Shown here: in pieces, positions 20,257 to 30,610 of the stretch
How the letters are laid out: each line of letters begins with the position of its first letter
Position numbering within the stretch: position 1 is the stretch's first letter
NCBI GenBank assembly: GCA_963674755.2
Contig: CAXXVS010000003.1
Span: forward strand, 1,408,001-1,472,000
Direction: 5' to 3'
DNA length: 64,000 nucleotides
Source: Desulfobacterales bacterium
Lineage (GTDB): Bacteria; Desulfobacterota; Desulfobacteria; Desulfobacterales; UBA5852
The notes under the pieces: model-generated
What the model was told of the DNA's origin: nothing
The model's database searches: none
What the model saw: only the letters and a program-made list of their open reading frames with translations
Made by a program: the position numbers and the translations under genes

Positions 20257-21654
20257 CTAGTGACCGTGCAATTCAGTTATGATCTGGGCCATACTCCGCT
20301 CGCCCGGATCGTCTTCGATAGTTTTCAGAAAACGTTTCGCGTTTTTGCCACCGACTATCGGGGCCGCGAGTTTCATGAATTTGTCCTGGATTTCGCTCAT
20401 CGTAAAAGGGTTCTCGGGGCTTCCCTTGACGAAGCTGACCTCTTTTTCATAGCGTGTATCGCCAACCCAGACGGCGGCTTTACCCAGCAAGCGGTCCTGG
20501 TCATCAAGAAGCTGCTGAAGTCCCTCATCCAGGTGAACTTCGATCTTGTCGGCAATGCGCCGGTAGGCTTCGTTTTCCAGATACTGGTCGAAGGCCAGGT
20601 ACCAGTCCGGCCCGGGGTCTTCGGTGAGCAGATACATGGCCGTCAGGTATTTTACGCTGGAGGCCGTATCCACGGATGTGCCCGGCGGATAATAGCTGAA
20701 ATTTTTTCCCAGCTTCGTCGGTGCGAAGAGATCGATCTTTTTCACGTCGTCGACCTTGAGATCGTTTTCCTCCAGCGCCAGGCGTACAGCTTCGATGCAG
20801 GGCTGGTTGAAGTAGCAGCTCGGAATCTGCTTATAGGTGATGGAATCGATGACGAACGTGCGGCCCCAGTCTGCGAACAGCTTGTCGGGGTCGTAGTGTG
20901 CCGAGCCGGCGATTTTGAAGAACTCCGTCTCCTTTTCCAGCAACAGATGGCTAGCCTTGAAGGGCGTCCGGGCAAACAGGGCGGCGGTGATGCCGGCGAA
21001 ACAGGCATGGCCGGGCATGTCCCGATGCCAGGAAGCGGGGCGCTGGTCTTCGCGAAAGCCCCACATGGCCATGGTAACCGGCAGCGGCGCCAGCGTGCCG
21101 GCAATGCCAAGCGCGTTAACGGTTTCGGCTTCGTCAAAACCGAGCACCCGGGCGCAGGCAACTGCGGCTGCCAGGGCGTAATGGGTCGAAAAGCTGTAGA
21201 CTTCCGGCCGCCGGGGTTCAATCGCCAGTGCATAACGACCGGCCATTTCGTACCCCAAAATGGTGGCGGCGAAAACCTTTTGCAAACTGGCATCCACTTT
21301 TTCCGCCACCGCCAGAACCGCCGGGACGATGCCCTCGCCGGGGTGGCTGATGATAATCGTCCCCGGTTTGAAATTGTCGCTCAGATCGGGGCCGACACAG
21401 CACTGTCCGGTGATGTAGGCCGCAATGGGAGCGGGCAGTTTGCGGCCATCACCGAGGACTGTGGCTTCCGGCAGGCCGCCGAAACTACCGAAGACCTCGA
21501 TGGCGGCCCTTCCCACCGGCGAACGGGCCCCGGCGATCATACAACCAACCGTATCGATAATCGCCTTCTTGGTTTCCGTGATCGTTTTTTCCGGAAAAGA
21601 TTCCGTACCCACAACCTGCTGGACAAACTGTTGTGTCACACCTTCCATTCTCAC
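20257..21654 (-). CDS. MmgE/PrpD family protein (divergent)
   Basis: IIDTVGCMIAG, SHPG, GYE, KQIPSCYF, KGSPENP. Confidence 0.85.
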   Translation of the reverse strand: MRMEGVTQQFVQQVVGTESFPEKTITETKKAIIDTVGCMIAGARSPVGRAAIEVFGSFGGLPEATVLGDGRKLPAPIAAYITGQCCVGPDLSDNFKPGTIIISHPGEGIVPAVLAVAEKVDASLQKVFAATILGYEMAGRYALAIEPRRPEVYSFSTHYALAAAVACARVLGFDEAETVNALGIAGTLAPLPVTMAMWGFREDQRPASWHRDMPGHACFAGITAALFARTPFKASHLLLEKETEFFKIAGSAHYDPDKLFADWGRTFVIDSITYKQIPSCYFNQPCIEAVRLALEENDLKVDDVKKIDLFAPTKLGKNFSYYPPGTSVDTASSVKYLTAMYLLTEDPGPDWYLAFDQYLENEAYRRIADKIEVHLDEGLQQLLDDQDRLLGKAAVWVGDTRYEKEVSFVKGSPENPFTMSEIQDKFMKLAAPIVGGKNAKRFLKTIEDDPGERSMAQIITELHGH

Positions 21655-21672
21655 ATCCTTTCTTTACGGTCT

Positions 21673-23049
21673 TTACGCAAATAACTGGATCAGCTCAGCT
21701 ATATCCGTACACGCTTCCAGGTGGTCGATGCTTTCGATAACGTGTCTTACGCGGTTTTCTCCGATGGACTTTACAGCGTTGTCGCGGAATTTGTCTTCAA
21801 AGTCCTTTCGGGAAAAGGGTTTTTGGGGATGGCCTTTGGCGCAGTACTCTTGCTTTTCGTAAACGCGTCCGCTTTTAGCCCGGAGGCGCACCTTCGGGCT
21901 AAGCACGCTTTCCTCCGCTCGCCGCCGTTCCACCGCTTCATCAGCAATGAGCTTGATGTTCCGGCTGATCCGGCGGATTTCCGGGCTGGTCAGGTTCTCC
22001 GGCGAATACCAGTCCGGCGAAGGCGCAACCCCCTTCAAGATCATCGCCGCGGCATAGGGCAGGCTGAACTGGGCATCGATCATGGAGACCGGTTCGGTGA
22101 CGTTAAAAACCTTGGCCAGATAGGGGGTCAGGTACACTTCCACGGTTTCGATGTCGGCGGGTGTCAGCGCCGTCTCGGCCAGCAGCATGACCAGCGAATC
22201 AAGGCTGGACTGCATGAAGCGGCAGGTGGGGTAGGGCTTGAAACTGAGCTGGTCGAACAGGTAGTCTTCCCCGAAACCCTTCAAGATTTCCCTGTCTTTG
22301 TAATCGGAAGAACCGCACAGCAGATAATAGCCGCTCCGGGCATCGAGTGCGTTCTGGCAGCCGAACAGACCGTTGCGGGCCAGCAGCGCACTCATCAATC
22401 CGGTTGAGGCCGCAAAGCCGACCCCGTCCTTGACCCAGGACATGGGCCGTGATTCAAGTCCCCACATCATATTCGTGTTCGGTACCGGCGCTGAGGCGGC
22501 GGCGATGCCCAGGGCATTGACCAGCGCCCTGGCGGGCAGGTCCAGGACCACCGCCGAAGCGGCCGCCGCTCCCATCACCTGGGTATTGCCGAATCCCCAG
22601 AAATCGTCACGCCGGGGTTCGATGGCCTTGGCAAGCCGGGCCGCGACCTCGTAGCCCATAACAATGGCGCGTATGAGCGCTTTCCCGGTGCATTTGCCGA
22701 TCTCGGCCGCGGCCACCGCCGCCGGTACAATGGCCGGGCCCGGATGGGAGACCGCCAGCGATCCGATCTCGACCGTATCGTCGAAATCGAGCACCTGGCA
22801 CAAAAAGGCATTGATGAAAGCGGCTTCCATCATGGCGGCCCGGCCGGCCCCGCCCCAAATCGTGCAGCCCCCATCGGCGGATGGAGAGCGGGATTTCAGA
22901 AAGATGCCTCCGACCTCTGTTTCCAGGGCCCCCAGGGCATTGCCGACATTGTCCATGATGGCCATTTTGGCCTGAAGGACAGTCGTTTCCGGCAAATCGC
23001 CGAATCCGATCCGGCCGATCCGTTCGGCTAGTGTGCTTGTGATCTTCAT
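21673..23049 (-). CDS. MmgE/PrpD family protein
   Basis: LDFDD..SHPG, GYEV, FKPYPTCRF, AQFSLPY, KGHPQKP. Confidence 0.9.
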   Translation of the reverse strand: MKITSTLAERIGRIGFGDLPETTVLQAKMAIMDNVGNALGALETEVGGIFLKSRSPSADGGCTIWGGAGRAAMMEAAFINAFLCQVLDFDDTVEIGSLAVSHPGPAIVPAAVAAAEIGKCTGKALIRAIVMGYEVAARLAKAIEPRRDDFWGFGNTQVMGAAAASAVVLDLPARALVNALGIAAASAPVPNTNMMWGLESRPMSWVKDGVGFAASTGLMSALLARNGLFGCQNALDARSGYYLLCGSSDYKDREILKGFGEDYLFDQLSFKPYPTCRFMQSSLDSLVMLLAETALTPADIETVEVYLTPYLAKVFNVTEPVSMIDAQFSLPYAAAMILKGVAPSPDWYSPENLTSPEIRRISRNIKLIADEAVERRRAEESVLSPKVRLRAKSGRVYEKQEYCAKGHPQKPFSRKDFEDKFRDNAVKSIGENRVRHVIESIDHLEACTDIAELIQLFA

Positions 23050-23085
23050 ATTGCGTAACTTTTCCCCGTACCCGTCCGGCAGACC

Positions 23086-23775
23086 TTAAAGCTGCTTTTG
23101 CGTCAATTTGAGGCCCGGGATTTCCATTTTCTTTTCAAAGGCGTTAATCAGACGGCTGGCGAACGTCACCAACACCCAGTAAATCACGCCTGCCATGATA
23201 AAAATCTCGATCGGCTTGAAATAGCGGCTTGTCAGGACCTTGGCCTCGGTCATCAGTTCGGGTACCGTGACCATATAGGCCAGTGAAGAGTACTTGATCA
23301 GGTAGGTGATCTCATTAGAGCAGGAGGGAATGGCCTTGCGCAGGGCCTGCGGCAGCACGATAAACACGATCGCCTGCCATTTGCTCATGGCCAGGGAACG
23401 GGCGGCCATCACCTGGGTGGCGGCGATGGAATTGATGGCCCCACGAATGTATTCGGCGTGATAGGCGCCGCTGCAGATGCTGAATGCCGTGATGGCGCAA
23501 AAAAACGGCGTGAGACGCAGCCCCCATGCTGCCAGAACATAAAAAAGAATAAACAATTGCACCAATAGCGGAATGCCGCGGAAGATGATTTGGTGCAGCA
23601 GACACAGGTGCCGGATTCCCGGCCGTCCGTAAACCCGCCCCACGGCGGACAAAATACCCACCAGAAGACCAATGGGCGCCGAGGCAACAATCAATTCCAA
23701 AGAGACGATGGTGCCTTTAATCAGCGGGGGCAGCACCGTGTGGTACAAAAAATTAATTTCTCCCATTGGATTCAA
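23086..23775 (-). CDS. Polar amino-acid ABC transporter permease
   Basis: FRGIPLLVQLF, AYHAEYIRGAI, LPQALR. Confidence 0.92.
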   Translation of the reverse strand: MNPMGEINFLYHTVLPPLIKGTIVSLELIVASAPIGLLVGILSAVGRVYGRPGIRHLCLLHQIIFRGIPLLVQLFILFYVLAAWGLRLTPFFCAITAFSICSGAYHAEYIRGAINSIAATQVMAARSLAMSKWQAIVFIVLPQALRKAIPSCSNEITYLIKYSSLAYMVTVPELMTEAKVLTSRYFKPIEIFIMAGVIYWVLVTFASRLINAFEKKMEIPGLKLTQKQL

Positions 23776-24533
23776 CCCTTGCCGTAAAGCTCTTCGAGTT
23801 TGTGAAGAAATTCGCCCGTCCGTTTCTCGCGGGGATTTGAAAACATCTGGGTTATCGGCCCGCTTTCGAGAATTTTGCCGCCCTCCATGAAAAACATCCG
23901 GTCCCCGGCCGAACGGGCAAACCCCATTTCATGGGTCACCACCATCATGGTCATTTGGCGCTGCGCCAGCTTTTTCATAATTTCAAGCACTTCTCCGATC
24001 AATTCCGGATCCAGGGCCGAGGTCGGTTCGTCGAACAGGATCAACTCCGGCTCCATGGCCAGGGCCCGGGCAATGCCCACCCGTTGTTTTTGCCCTCCCG
24101 AGAGTTCCCCCGGATAGACGTTCATCCATCGGTCCAGCCCCACATCGGTCAGCTTTTCCGAAGCGATTTCCCGCGCGGCGATCTTGTCCATATTTTTCCC
24201 TTTGATCAAACCGATGGTGACATTCGAGAGCACCGTCAAATGATCGAAAAGGGCGAAATCCTGAAATACCATGCTCATTTTCTGCCGGATCTCGTTAACG
24301 TTTTTCCTGGCCACCTCTTTTCCGTTGAACCAAATGCGACCTGTTTCCGGGGGAACCAGATGGTTGATGCAGCGCAAAAGGGTGCTTTTTCCTGTTCCTG
24401 AAGGTCCCGCAATGATGATGCATTCTCCTCGTTCGACTTCAAACGAGATGCCATCCAGGATTTTGGTTTCACCGTAGGATTTGTGAATGTCTTCCGCCTT
24501 TAAGATGACATCCGGCTGCTCTTTTGTATTCAT
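23772..24533 (-). CDS. Polar amino-acid ABC transporter ATP-binding protein
   Basis: GPSGTGKST, LSGGQKQR, DEPTSALDPE, VVTHEMGFA; start MNTKEQ at 24533. Confidence 0.95.
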   Translation of the reverse strand: MNTKEQPDVILKAEDIHKSYGETKILDGISFEVERGECIIIAGPSGTGKSTLLRCINHLVPPETGRIWFNGKEVARKNVNEIRQKMSMVFQDFALFDHLTVLSNVTIGLIKGKNMDKIAAREIASEKLTDVGLDRWMNVYPGELSGGQKQRVGIARALAMEPELILFDEPTSALDPELIGEVLEIMKKLAQRQMTMMVVTHEMGFARSAGDRMFFMEGGKILESGPITQMFSNPREKRTGEFLHKLEELYGKG

Positions 24534-24534
24534 C

Positions 24535-25200
24535 TTAATGGTATCCAGGGATTTTGAATTTTTTTTCCGCGATGTGCAGCACCTTGATGCCGCCATAAGT
24601 CAGGCAAAGATAGATGCCGGCGATGGTCAGATAGATAGTGGTTGGATCGAAAGTGCGCTCGATAATGAAGCCGCCCCGGGTCACCAGCTCGGCCAGGCCG
24701 ATCGAGTAGGCCACTGCTGAATCCTTCAGCACGATGCTGTACTCGCTGGTAAAGCCCGGGATCGACAGCCGCAGGGTTTGCGGCAAGAGAATGTATACAA
24801 TGGACTTGTGCAGGCTCAGCCCCATGGAGCGCGCCGCCATCAGTTGACTGGAGCCGATGGCCTGGATGCTGCCCCGAAAAATTTGGGACTGGTAGGCCGC
24901 ACTGCGCAGCCCGAAGGCCAGCAGCGCCGCTCCGAAAGCGCCGACTTTGATCCCGACGGCGGGCAGCCCCAGCCAGAACAGCCACAGCAAAAGCAGTTCC
25001 GGTTGGCTTCGGAAAAAATTGACATATGTGTTGAGTGCGCGCTGGATGGCCTTACCACCGAACAATTGGCCGAAAGCAATCAAAAGGCCCAGGACCGCAC
25101 CGACCAAAAGGGCGCTCAACACGATGCCGATCGTGATCCCTGCTCCCGACAGCAGATAGGGCAACGATTTCAGTGCCAGCCCGACATCAAATCCCATCAT
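24535..25200 (-). CDS. Polar amino-acid ABC transporter permease
   Basis: SAAYQSQIFRGSI, LPQTLR, LKDSA. Confidence 0.92.
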   Translation of the reverse strand: MMGFDVGLALKSLPYLLSGAGITIGIVLSALLVGAVLGLLIAFGQLFGGKAIQRALNTYVNFFRSQPELLLLWLFWLGLPAVGIKVGAFGAALLAFGLRSAAYQSQIFRGSIQAIGSSQLMAARSMGLSLHKSIVYILLPQTLRLSIPGFTSEYSIVLKDSAVAYSIGLAELVTRGGFIIERTFDPTTIYLTIAGIYLCLTYGGIKVLHIAEKKFKIPGYH

Positions 25201-25292
25201 TCGTCCTTTTCAGCATCAGAAAAACGATTTGCCTGAAGGAGCCGCAGATGACCAAGCCGCCAGCGGTCCTTCAGACAACATCGAAGAGAGGA

Positions 25293-26069
25293 TTACCGCA
25301 AATGGTACTTTGCAATGAGTTCATCCCACTCTGGGGAAGACTTGATCTTGGCCAATCCCGCATTTAATTTCGCCTTGAGATCTCCGTCACCTTTTCGTAC
25401 CCCGATGCCATAGCCGGACCCCCAGACGGTGGCACCAATGATTTTTAGAGACTTACCCTTGATGACCTCCCGGCCGGTGGACATGGCGCTGCAGAACGCC
25501 AAATCGGCCCGCTTGACCAGGACGGCCTGGACCGCCAGGGGAAAGGTATCGTACCAATCGAGTTTCAGATCGATCTTGGTGTTTTTCTTCAGTTGCTGGG
25601 CAAACCACTCGCCATTGGCAGATCCGCGCTGGACAGCGATGGTTCCTCCCGAGAACAAGGCGTTAACCAAGTCGTCCTGATAGCCCTCGGAGGCAATGAT
25701 CGGGGCCATACTTTTCCAGTAGATCTCGGTAAAATCGATGATTTTTTTTCGTTCCGCCGTGGCGGACATGCCCGAGGCAATAAAATCGATTTCACCCGCT
25801 TGAAGCGCCGGAATGATACTTTCCCACTTCAAGGGTTTGACAACGACCTTGAAGTTCTGATCTTTGGCGATCCAGGCGATCATGTCGATGTCAAATCCGC
25901 TGGCCTTGCCATTTTCGTCTACAAAGGTAAAAGGCGGATAGGCCGGATCCACCCCTTGAACGAGGGTCAGTTGTTCACCGGCCCGGACAGGGCCGACCCC
26001 GACGCCCACCATCATCAACAGAGAAACGGACAAAACAACAGACGCTACACGGCACAGATTCTGACTCAT
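25293..26069 (-). CDS. Amino-acid ABC substrate-binding protein (family 3)
   Basis: Signal peptide; YPPFTF, GFDID, GMSATAERKK. Confidence 0.92.
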   Translation of the reverse strand: MSQNLCRVASVVLSVSLLMMVGVGVGPVRAGEQLTLVQGVDPAYPPFTFVDENGKASGFDIDMIAWIAKDQNFKVVVKPLKWESIIPALQAGEIDFIASGMSATAERKKIIDFTEIYWKSMAPIIASEGYQDDLVNALFSGGTIAVQRGSANGEWFAQQLKKNTKIDLKLDWYDTFPLAVQAVLVKRADLAFCSAMSTGREVIKGKSLKIIGATVWGSGYGIGVRKGDGDLKAKLNAGLAKIKSSPEWDELIAKYHLR

Positions 26070-26192
26070 GGTTTTCTCCCTTTAGTTTTGGGCGACCTCG
26101 TCGCGTTTACTATCTCATTCCGTAGGCCCTTCTTTTTCGTCTCCTGGCATTCGCCGGCTTGAGCGCCAAGTCGGACCTCTGGCTTTAGCCGC

Positions 26193-26897
26193 TTACCTCA
26201 GCTGATCCAAAATACTTTGATAGTGTTTTCGAATGGCGGAACTAAACTGATGAAAGGATTTGCTCTTCAAGCCTTCGATGATATTTTTATGGCTCAGTAG
26301 ATGTTCTGGGATACGCCCTCCACTGTAATCCTCATGGATATCGCGGCTGATGGCCAGATTGGTCTCTTTCCAGAGGTATTCCATCAGATTTTCCAGGGGT
26401 TTGTTTTTCCGTTTCATCAGGATTTTGGATAAATCCGAATGGAACTCCTGACTGGCCTTGAGGTACCCTTTGTAATTTCCTTTTTCACCCGCCGCCTTCA
26501 TCTTCTCTAAGCATTTTTCCAGTGTATCGATGTCGTCTATAGTAACTTCTTCCAATTTTTCGGCCGCACACCCCAACTCGATAACCTGGCGCAATCCGAT
26601 GATCTCATCGATGTCGGCATTTCCCAGGATCCCAAATCTGCCTTCCGGGCTTGCTTGTTTTCGTGAGACATAGGTGCCGTTCCCCTGGTGAGATTCAACA
26701 ATACCTAATATAATCAATGCTTTAAGTGACTCGCGCAACGCGCCTCGGCTGACCCCCAGCGCTTCTGCCATCTGCCGCTCATTGGGCAGCTTGTCTCCCG
26801 GCTTGTAGGCACCGTTTTGGATCAACTCCATGATTTGATCGATAATCATGGAATACTTGGTCTTTGTCTCGATTTTGGCGAATCCTGTTTTTGCCAT
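26193..26897 (-). CDS. GntR/FadR-family regulator
   Basis: PGDKLPNERQMAEALGVSRGALRE..GNGTYV; start MAKTG. Confidence 0.92.
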   Translation of the reverse strand: MAKTGFAKIETKTKYSMIIDQIMELIQNGAYKPGDKLPNERQMAEALGVSRGALRESLKALIILGIVESHQGNGTYVSRKQASPEGRFGILGNADIDEIIGLRQVIELGCAAEKLEEVTIDDIDTLEKCLEKMKAAGEKGNYKGYLKASQEFHSDLSKILMKRKNKPLENLMEYLWKETNLAISRDIHEDYSGGRIPEHLLSHKNIIEGLKSKSFHQFSSAIRKHYQSILDQLR

Positions 26898-26936
26898 TCT
26901 GCGGTGAATTCCTTTAGAGGCTGAGGTGGAAGGATA

Positions 26937-26992
26937 AATTGGTAAAACCATTTGGCCAATTAACCATTAACATCGGTTGTGATCACTGTCAA
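26937..26992 (-). promoter_or_regulatory. FadR-type operator AATTGGTAAAACCATTT plus TTGACA -35
   Basis: TGGT-N3-ACCA core at 26940-26950, 40 bp upstream of the gntR start; TTGACA on minus strand at 26992-26987. Confidence 0.65.
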
Positions 26993-27391
26993 GCTTCTTT
27001 TCATAGCCATCGGTGTGCCGGTCGATCAACTGGGGAGATATTGAAATGACGGGTGGAAAGGATACTTTCCAGGCGGGTTCAAAAGTGCTCCCGATCAAGG
27101 CGTGAAAGAAGATATCCCGCTGTTTTTAAATGACATCGAATTTAATCGATACAATAGGATCTAATCGCGCAATTTCAGGGCCACTGTCTTGAGAGATTTA
27201 AAAGAACTGCAGGAATTAAATTTGATAGTAAAACAAGGGCATCGCTATCGTGCAAATACGGGATTGTTAGGGGCGATGTTGCCCAGCAGAGAATCTGCGT
27301 CAGAAAGATCATGTTCAATAAGAATTGATCAACCTTTACAATGACAAGGTTCCCCTGACGCCACTTCTGGCAGTATTAACAGCCGTTTTCC

Positions 27392-28285
27392 TCAGATTCT
27401 CTTCCCGAACGCCTGTCGGGCCAATTTGCGGTTTCTCGGCCGGTAGGTGCCGTCGGCCTTTTCCCGCCGCATGACCTGCTCCATCAGCTTGAACATCTTC
27501 ATGCGCTGGGGCTCATCGTGGTAGAAGGTCCGCCAGGCATAGCCCAGCAGTTCCTGCAGTTTTTCCGGGGCCATCTGACGGGGCTGGTAGACCACCTTGT
27601 CGGCGGTGTACTGGTCCCAGTCGTAAGTCAGGATGCGTTTTTGCTCGTGCAGCTCCTCGTAAGCCAGGGTGTGGGGAAAGGGTGTCAGCACGGTGAACTC
27701 CGCCAGGTCCAGATCGATTTCCAGGAGAAAATCCACCAGGCGTTTGATGCTGTCCTCGGTGTGGCTGTCCAGGCCCAACAGGATGGTGCCCTCCACGCCG
27801 ATGCCGTGGTCGTGGTAGCGCCTGATGCGGTCCCGGATGGTGTCCGAGCAGTCGAAGACCGCCTGATAGACGTACCAGGCCCCGGCTTGGGCGGCCAGGT
27901 CGAGCACGTCCGGCTTGTCCTCGATGGGATGGCTGCACCACTTCTTCTTCAGCGGGATCATCTCCCGGAAGAGGTCCCGCTCCCACTGGGTGTCCTGGGC
28001 CAGGGAGTTGTCCACGATAAAGAGGCGGTTGTTGTCGATGGCGGCCATTTCGGCAATGGTCTTCTCGATGGGCCGGGGACGGAAATGCCGGCCTCCCAGG
28101 AAGGCCACGCAGCAGGGGTAACAGTTGAAGCGGCATCCCCGGGAGGCGTGCACCAGATCCACCATCTGGATGCCTTTGTAGTTGTAAAGGTCGCGGTTCA
28201 AGATATCCCGGCGGGCCGTGCCCACCCATTCGATGGGGGGGGGGCGGTCGTCCAGATAGTCGTAGACCGGCTTGAGGCGATCGTG
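27392..28285 (-). pseudogene. 5'-truncated near-identical duplicate of the radical SAM gene at 38100-39359
   Basis: Five aa differences over ~297 aa; B12-binding domain absent; breaks at the palindromic element. Confidence 0.92.
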
Positions 28286-28297
28286 TCGTGGGTCTAA

Positions 28298-28361
28298 TGG
28301 GGTCAAGTCTGCCCATGACCCAATTAAATTTCAAGATGAGTCATGGGCAGACTTGACCCCA
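28298..28361. repeat. 64-bp palindromic element, copy 3
   Basis: Identical to copy 2; right end followed by a tandem echo TTGACTCCAAGGATTGAC. Confidence 0.92.
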
Positions 28362-28365
28362 AGGA

Positions 28366-28953
28366 TTGACTCCAAGGATTGACTACCTAAAATACGAAAA
28401 TAATGGACGTCCTTTTTTCCTCGCAGGCCACAGCCAAGGCTCTATGATTCTGACCGATCTTATGCTTGAGCATTGGGGCGCCACCGGTGCAGAGAAGCAG
28501 CTTGTCGCTGCTATTCTTATCGGCTGGTCTTTGACGCCGGCCGACCTCGCAGCCCATCGGGCCGTGCGCATGTGCGAAGGGCCAAACCAGACGGGATGTG
28601 TCATTTCATATAATACCGTAGAAAATGGCAGGCAGTCTGTTGCGCCGACCCTCAAGGCCGGTGCTTTAGCGGTTAACCCCCTCTCCTGGACCACGGACGG
28701 GGCCTTCGTTCCGGCTAAAAAAAATCTGGGATCGGTCTTCTTCGATTCTGACGGTAAATCAAAAATATACCCGCATTTCACTTCAGCCCAGATCGTGGAC
28801 GGCGGGCTGGTTGTCCAGCCAGAAAATGTTGACTTGGTTACGATCAAAGGCGGCCATTTCCCTGAAGGCGTCTACCATGCTTTCGACTATTCGCTCTTTT
28901 TCATGAATCTCAAAGCCAATATTGCGGAGCGTATCGAGGCTTTTAGGCGATAG
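28366..28953 (+). pseudogene. DUF3089-like alpha/beta hydrolase, 5'-truncated
   Basis: NNGRPFFLAGHSQGS, TGCVISYN, VNPLSW, YHAFDYSLF; starts at the repeat. Confidence 0.8.
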
Positions 28954-29769
28954 CCATGTGCGCCGTGGTCTATCAGATTGCCGTGGCGAGTTTGCCAGAT
29001 GCACAAAGCAGGAGGGCATTCCGGGAACAGCAGACTCAATTCTTATGAAGATCGGGTTCGGGGGCCCTTTTGCGTTATCGCCAAACGTTCTGGATATAAA
29101 ATCGGAATGCGTTTTGTAACCCTGGAACGCTCTTATAAAGGGGTTAAAACCCACTCGGTATGGAGAAATTCAAAATCCACTGTTGACGCTTAAAACGCGA
29201 AATACGTGTCGGGTGTGAAATGACCCGATTCGTAACAGACCCGGACGCCGCCAACGCCCCTTTTCCTGACAAAGCGCTTGATCCTCCTATTCAGGGTGGC
29301 GCAATTGGTACCATTCTTGACCCAAAGAATCTCACAGTTCCATCGCCTGTTTTTGTAACCATCCTGCGTCTCGTTCGTTCCGTTTATGGCACCCTCCTTG
29401 ACCATGACAACGGTTTTGTGGACGAAACACTCATGCAATTGCACGAAGAGGAGTCGCCACGGCTGAGTGTCGCGCTAAACCTCAGCGATTACATCCAAAC
29501 ACATTTCCTGGGAGATGGCCAAGTCCGCGTCAGTGCGATAACAATTCAATGATCGGGACGTTGGGCTTCGGTCCCTCGCTGACGGGATTCTCAACTCCCG
29601 TATGGGTCAGGCACTGTCGCGTAGACTATCGCGTAAGGTGCTTTTAGACTTTGGCGGGTAATAACGGGTTGGGTCGAAAGGCCTGCCAGGGTTTATTCCG
29701 CCGACCTAAAAAGCCGCGCGGCTGATGAGCGGCGTTGCGCTCCACAACCCTCACCAAGGGAGGAAAGCC

Positions 29770-30315
29770 ATGAATCGCACCTCACGTCATGAGCACCAAA
29801 CGGTATGCATCGGTCGTCGGACGTTTCTGAAACTGGGTGTCCTGGGAGGCGGTGTCAGCCTCCTCGCGCTCACGTTTCCCGGTGGCCTGGCCCGGGCCGC
29901 AGGCCAGACCGAGGCCTTGCTTCTCAGCTGCATGGACTACCGCCTGATCGATGACACCGAGCGCTACATGTCGAGCCGGGGGCTTCAAAACAAGTACGAT
30001 CACGTCATCCTGGCCGGTGCCTCTCTGGGCGCCATCACCGACCAGTACCCGGCCTGGAACAAGACCTTCTGGGAGCATCTGGATATCGCCATACAATTGC
30101 ACCAGATTCACAAAGTCATCGTGCTCGACCACCGAGATTGTGGTGCCTACAAGGTCATCCTCGGTGAGGATTTCTCGCAGGATCCCGCGAAAGAGACGGC
30201 CATTCATTCCGAAGAACTCAAAACGCTTCGCAAACAAATCAACGAAAAGCACCCCAATCTGGAAGTTGAACTGCTGCTCATGAGTCTCGATGGGAAGGTC
30301 GAGCAGATCGCGTAG
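29770..30315 (+). CDS. Tat-exported beta-type carbonic anhydrase-like protein
   Basis: GRRTFLK twin-arginine signal; CMDYR and HRDC zinc motifs. Confidence 0.85.
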   Translation: MNRTSRHEHQTVCIGRRTFLKLGVLGGGVSLLALTFPGGLARAAGQTEALLLSCMDYRLIDDTERYMSSRGLQNKYDHVILAGASLGAITDQYPAWNKTFWEHLDIAIQLHQIHKVIVLDHRDCGAYKVILGEDFSQDPAKETAIHSEELKTLRKQINEKHPNLEVELLLMSLDGKVEQIA

Positions 30316-30332
30316 ATTAGCGGCCGGCGGGA

Positions 30333-30359
30333 GTCGCCGCGCAAAGACGATGCGCGGCG
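30333..30359 (+). terminator. GC hairpin downstream of the carbonic anhydrase gene
   Basis: CGCCGCGCA-7 nt-TGCGCGGCG; no clear U tract. Confidence 0.35.
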
Positions 30360-30610
30360 CCGGCGGAGAATTGCCGGTATTGAAGGAGAATGAAGCGTAA
30401 GCCGGATAGGCTATTTGCGAATAGATTCAGACACCGCTGGATGCCCTCATTTTGAAACAAAAAACGTCGGGTTGGCAACCAGACGATGTGCGGGTGTTTG
30501 GGAACAAGGTTACGATTCTATTTCTTATCTTCCCATTCGGACGTTGAATCCGCGTGTTCCATGCTTCAAAAAGAGAGTCATAACGGCGCGCGTAGCTTGC
30601 GGTCCCTCCA

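Noticed and set aside
18433..21684. Long antisense ORFs (18433..19653, 20260..21684; likewise 44656..45996, 46486..47739, 47843..49000)
   Set aside because: Shadow frames of well-supported genes in GC-rich DNA; no recognisable motifs
27392..28285. Duplicate as a pure assembly artefact
   Set aside because: Copies differ at scattered and clustered sites and a third decayed copy exists; strain chimerism is not fully excluded
11426..28361. 64-bp repeats as a CRISPR array
   Set aside because: Copies are kilobases apart, with no spacers and no cas genes
29220..29552. 110-aa ORF (also 1654..1848 and 17851..18165)
   Set aside because: No recognisable motif or clear RBS; cannot be supported as genes
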